A stretch of DNA of 64,000 bases from Laetmonice hystrix (taxonomy: Eukaryota), in contig OZ249436.1 in the NCBI GenBank assembly GCA_965235115.1, positions 3,784,001 through 3,848,000 on the forward strand. The letters run 5' to 3'. Positions 62,201 through 64,000 of this stretch are shown here, piece after piece. Under the pieces are notes generated by a model. The model did no database searches. It was not told the origin of the DNA and saw only the letters and a list, made by a program, of their open reading frames with translations. Position numbers and translations under genes: made by a program. Every line of letters begins with the position of its first letter. The first letter of the stretch is position 1.

Positions 62201-63983
62201 ACTTTGCCTCTGTGATAGGCCTCGCAATACTCGGCCTATTGCCAAAGCTACACAAATGAGAACATTTTAAAACGCGCAGAATGGGATGCTATAGCGCACA
62301 TAGCCAATCATTTCAAATGAAGTGTTGCCTTTACCTTCAGCCATTGAGTCCAATGAATTTAGCTCAAGTCCTTCTACAAAGCAGATCAGGTGATTTTTCA
62401 AACGAAACGGGCCCTTCGACATCGTCACGGCCGGCGGCCATTTTAAATAAACAAAGGGAGCAGCTATAATATAAAAAGGGGGCCTGGATCTCGGGCCATA
62501 ATGGAGGAGTGCTTGGCTCCTTGTGTGATGGTATGCTCCCCGACTGGTCTTCTGTGTGCATGCGCATTAGGACCAACAACATTGCAGGCAACGGAAATCG
62601 AACTGCTCGGTTCGCATTTTTAAACGTCTGATTTATTAAATATATGGGATAAAAGCCCCCAAAAAGTGACCTTGCTGTACGGCTTGCTGTGTCCTATCCT
62701 ATATGTTGTGTTACAGTGGGGCGGTGGCCGTGTTGGGCTTGCTGTGTCCTATCCTATATGTTGTGTTACAGTGGGGCGGTGGCCGTGTTGGGCTTGCTGT
62801 GTCCTATCCTATATGTTGTGTTACAGTGGGGCGGTGGCCGTGTTGGGCTTGCTGTGTCCTATCCTATATGTTGTGTTACAGTGGGGCGGTGGCCGTGTTG
62901 GGCTTGCTGTGTCCTATATCCTATATGTTGTGTTACAGTGGGGCGGTGGCCGTGTTAGGCTTGCTGTGTCCTATCCTATATGTTGTGTTACAGTGGGGCG
63001 GTGGCCGTGTTGGGCTTGCTGTGTCCTATCCTATATGTTGTGTTACAGTGGGGCGGTGGCCGTGTTGGGTTTGCTGTGTCCTATCCTATATGTTGTGTTA
63101 CAGTGGGGCGGTGGCCGTGTTGGGCTTGCTGTGTCCTATCCAATATGTTGTGTTACAGTGGGGCGGTGGCCGTGTTGGGCTTGCTGTGTCCTAACCAATA
63201 TGTTGTGCTACAGTGGGGCAGTGGCCGTGTTGGGTTTGCTGTGTCCTATCCTATATGTTGTGTTACAGTGGGGCGGTGGCCGTGTTGGGCTTGCTGTGTC
63301 CTATCCAATATGTTGTGTTGAAGTGGGGCGGTGGCCGTGTTGGGCTTGCTGTGTCCTAACCAATATGTTGTGTTGCAGTGGGGCGGTGGCCGTGTTGGGT
63401 TTGCTGTGTCCTATCCTATATGTTGTGTTACAGTGGTGCGGTGGCCGTGTTGGGTCTGCTCCAGCGGTGTTCGCGACCCGTCCTCCGGACGCTCGCCTCC
63501 CGATATAAAAACGAAATCTACGGCCGCACCGTGTCCGAATGGTCCGAGGACGACTTCGCCGAGGTTGGAATCGTAATAGGTAAGGTGCACTCCCCGCAGT
63601 TATAGATTAGGGTGGTGGGGGATGATTGGGTTGAAACTTCGAAAAGCTCTCAACAAGTAAAAAGAAATATTCCATATGGTGTTTTTCCACGAAAAACACC
63701 ATATATTGCGCCCTATAGGAGGCCAACATCCGGGGTACCCGGTCAGGGTTAGACCTATAGCGCTTTATATAAAATATGGCGTAGGCCTAGCAAAAAAAAA
63801 GAGATTTAATACAGAAACTAATTCGGATCCCAACTCAACTTTTCAACTGCTCCCAATATTTAAAAAAACAATATTTCATTACCAGCTGGACTGTCAGGAC
63901 GGGAGCTCATGTCAGCTGGACAAGCCCCGCTGGATCACATCGATAAAATTGTTGTTTTACACATGGCTGTAGAGGACTTTAAG
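49068..63983 (+). CDS. Otoancorin/stereocilin/mesothelin-superfamily surface protein, multi-exon, 3' end beyond the window. Exons include 49068-49116, ~49667-49737, ~51285-51397, ~51757-51890, ~52395-52605, 59833-59953, 61106-61300, 63434-63579, ~63885-63983
   Basis: Hydrophobic N-terminus (MIGTAVAWISAAVVIL); phase-consistent exons where checked; motifs DPSNWSAVDLSLLGSIASSLTPAEL, IFCGLMPDDI, LGLLQRC..LRTLA..YGRTVSEWSEDDFAEVGIVIAGLS resemble the family's helical repeats as recalled. Confidence 0.72.
49750..51208. repeat. Intronic minisatellite, 57-bp unit with internal hairpin GTTTGGC-AGC-GCCAAAC, ~25 copies
   Basis: Tandem units between the exon ending ~49737 and the exon starting ~51285. 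Confidence 0.95.
54863..55358 (+). repeat. ~71-bp repeat, 7 copies, made of an exon 3' end plus GTAGGT donor; each copy has the palindrome AATGACGTCATT
   Basis: The first unit is the coding exon end (KSLSNDVIVSNLRTISRPV|gtaggt). Confidence 0.9.
56769..56929 (+). repeat. 53-bp repeat, 3 copies, spanning an acceptor site (gcag|ctca)
   Basis: Direct repeats. Confidence 0.85.
57853..58037. mobile_element. Foldback element (cccatgataactt ... aagttatcatggg) with a ccctaa/ccctat core
   Basis: Inverted arms; architecture similar to 2580-2966. Confidence 0.5.
58280..58350. repeat. ~31-bp-arm inverted repeat (taagctggttcccggctc ... gagccgggaaccagctta), probably a miniature MITE
   Basis: Near-perfect hairpin. 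Confidence 0.7.
59048..59382. repeat. (GA)n / (GACA)n microsatellite
   Basis: Visible directly. Confidence 0.98.
59947..60321 (+). repeat. 36-bp repeat, ~10.5 copies, starting at an exon end (acggcaag|gtatagg)
   Basis: Each unit contains the donor site. Confidence 0.92.
60466..61111 (+). repeat. ~55-bp repeat with 30-bp sub-units, ending at an acceptor (gtcag|ccacgt)
   Basis: Tandem units; the last runs into the exon at 61106. Confidence 0.9.
62680..63455 (+). repeat. 55-bp repeat, ~14 copies, made of an acceptor plus exon start (ttacag|tggggcggtggccgtgttggg)
   Basis: The last unit is the real exon start at 63434 (GAVAVLGLLQRC). Confidence 0.92.
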
Positions 63984-64000
63984 GTAGGCATAATATTTGT

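Overview
Eukaryotic DNA, most likely from an invertebrate animal (GT-AG introns, many MITEs and minisatellites). (1) 4.1-23.3 kb is a tandem array of 11 intronless copies of a 106-aa non-histone ORF (MAPVDKLISEMRQMD...RRSFRYHNRLRL...EDDQHQ), in units of about 1.41, 2.29 and 0.97 kb. Each copy has a CCAAT/TATA promoter. Nine copies carry an intact replication-dependent-histone-type 3' stem-loop (GGCCCT-TGTC-AGGGCC-ACA) 30 nt after the stop, followed by a purine-rich HDE-like element. This is the standout finding: a candidate non-histone gene family using the histone mRNA (SLBP/U7) 3'-end system. The long units contain an 869-bp TTAA-flanked, Kolobok-like non-autonomous transposon, and its empty site survives in unit 1. 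(2) A 12-exon CENP-U-like gene (+, 23546-31078). (3) ATAD5/ELG1 (-, 45022-32579), whose 5' UTR and start codon appear tandemly amplified into about 14 uORFs. (4) A multi-exon otoancorin/stereocilin/mesothelin-family gene (+, 49068 to beyond the window end). Many tandem repeats straddle splice junctions and multiply donor or acceptor sites. Gene identities come from recalled protein similarity, not from database searches, and coordinates were counted by hand.
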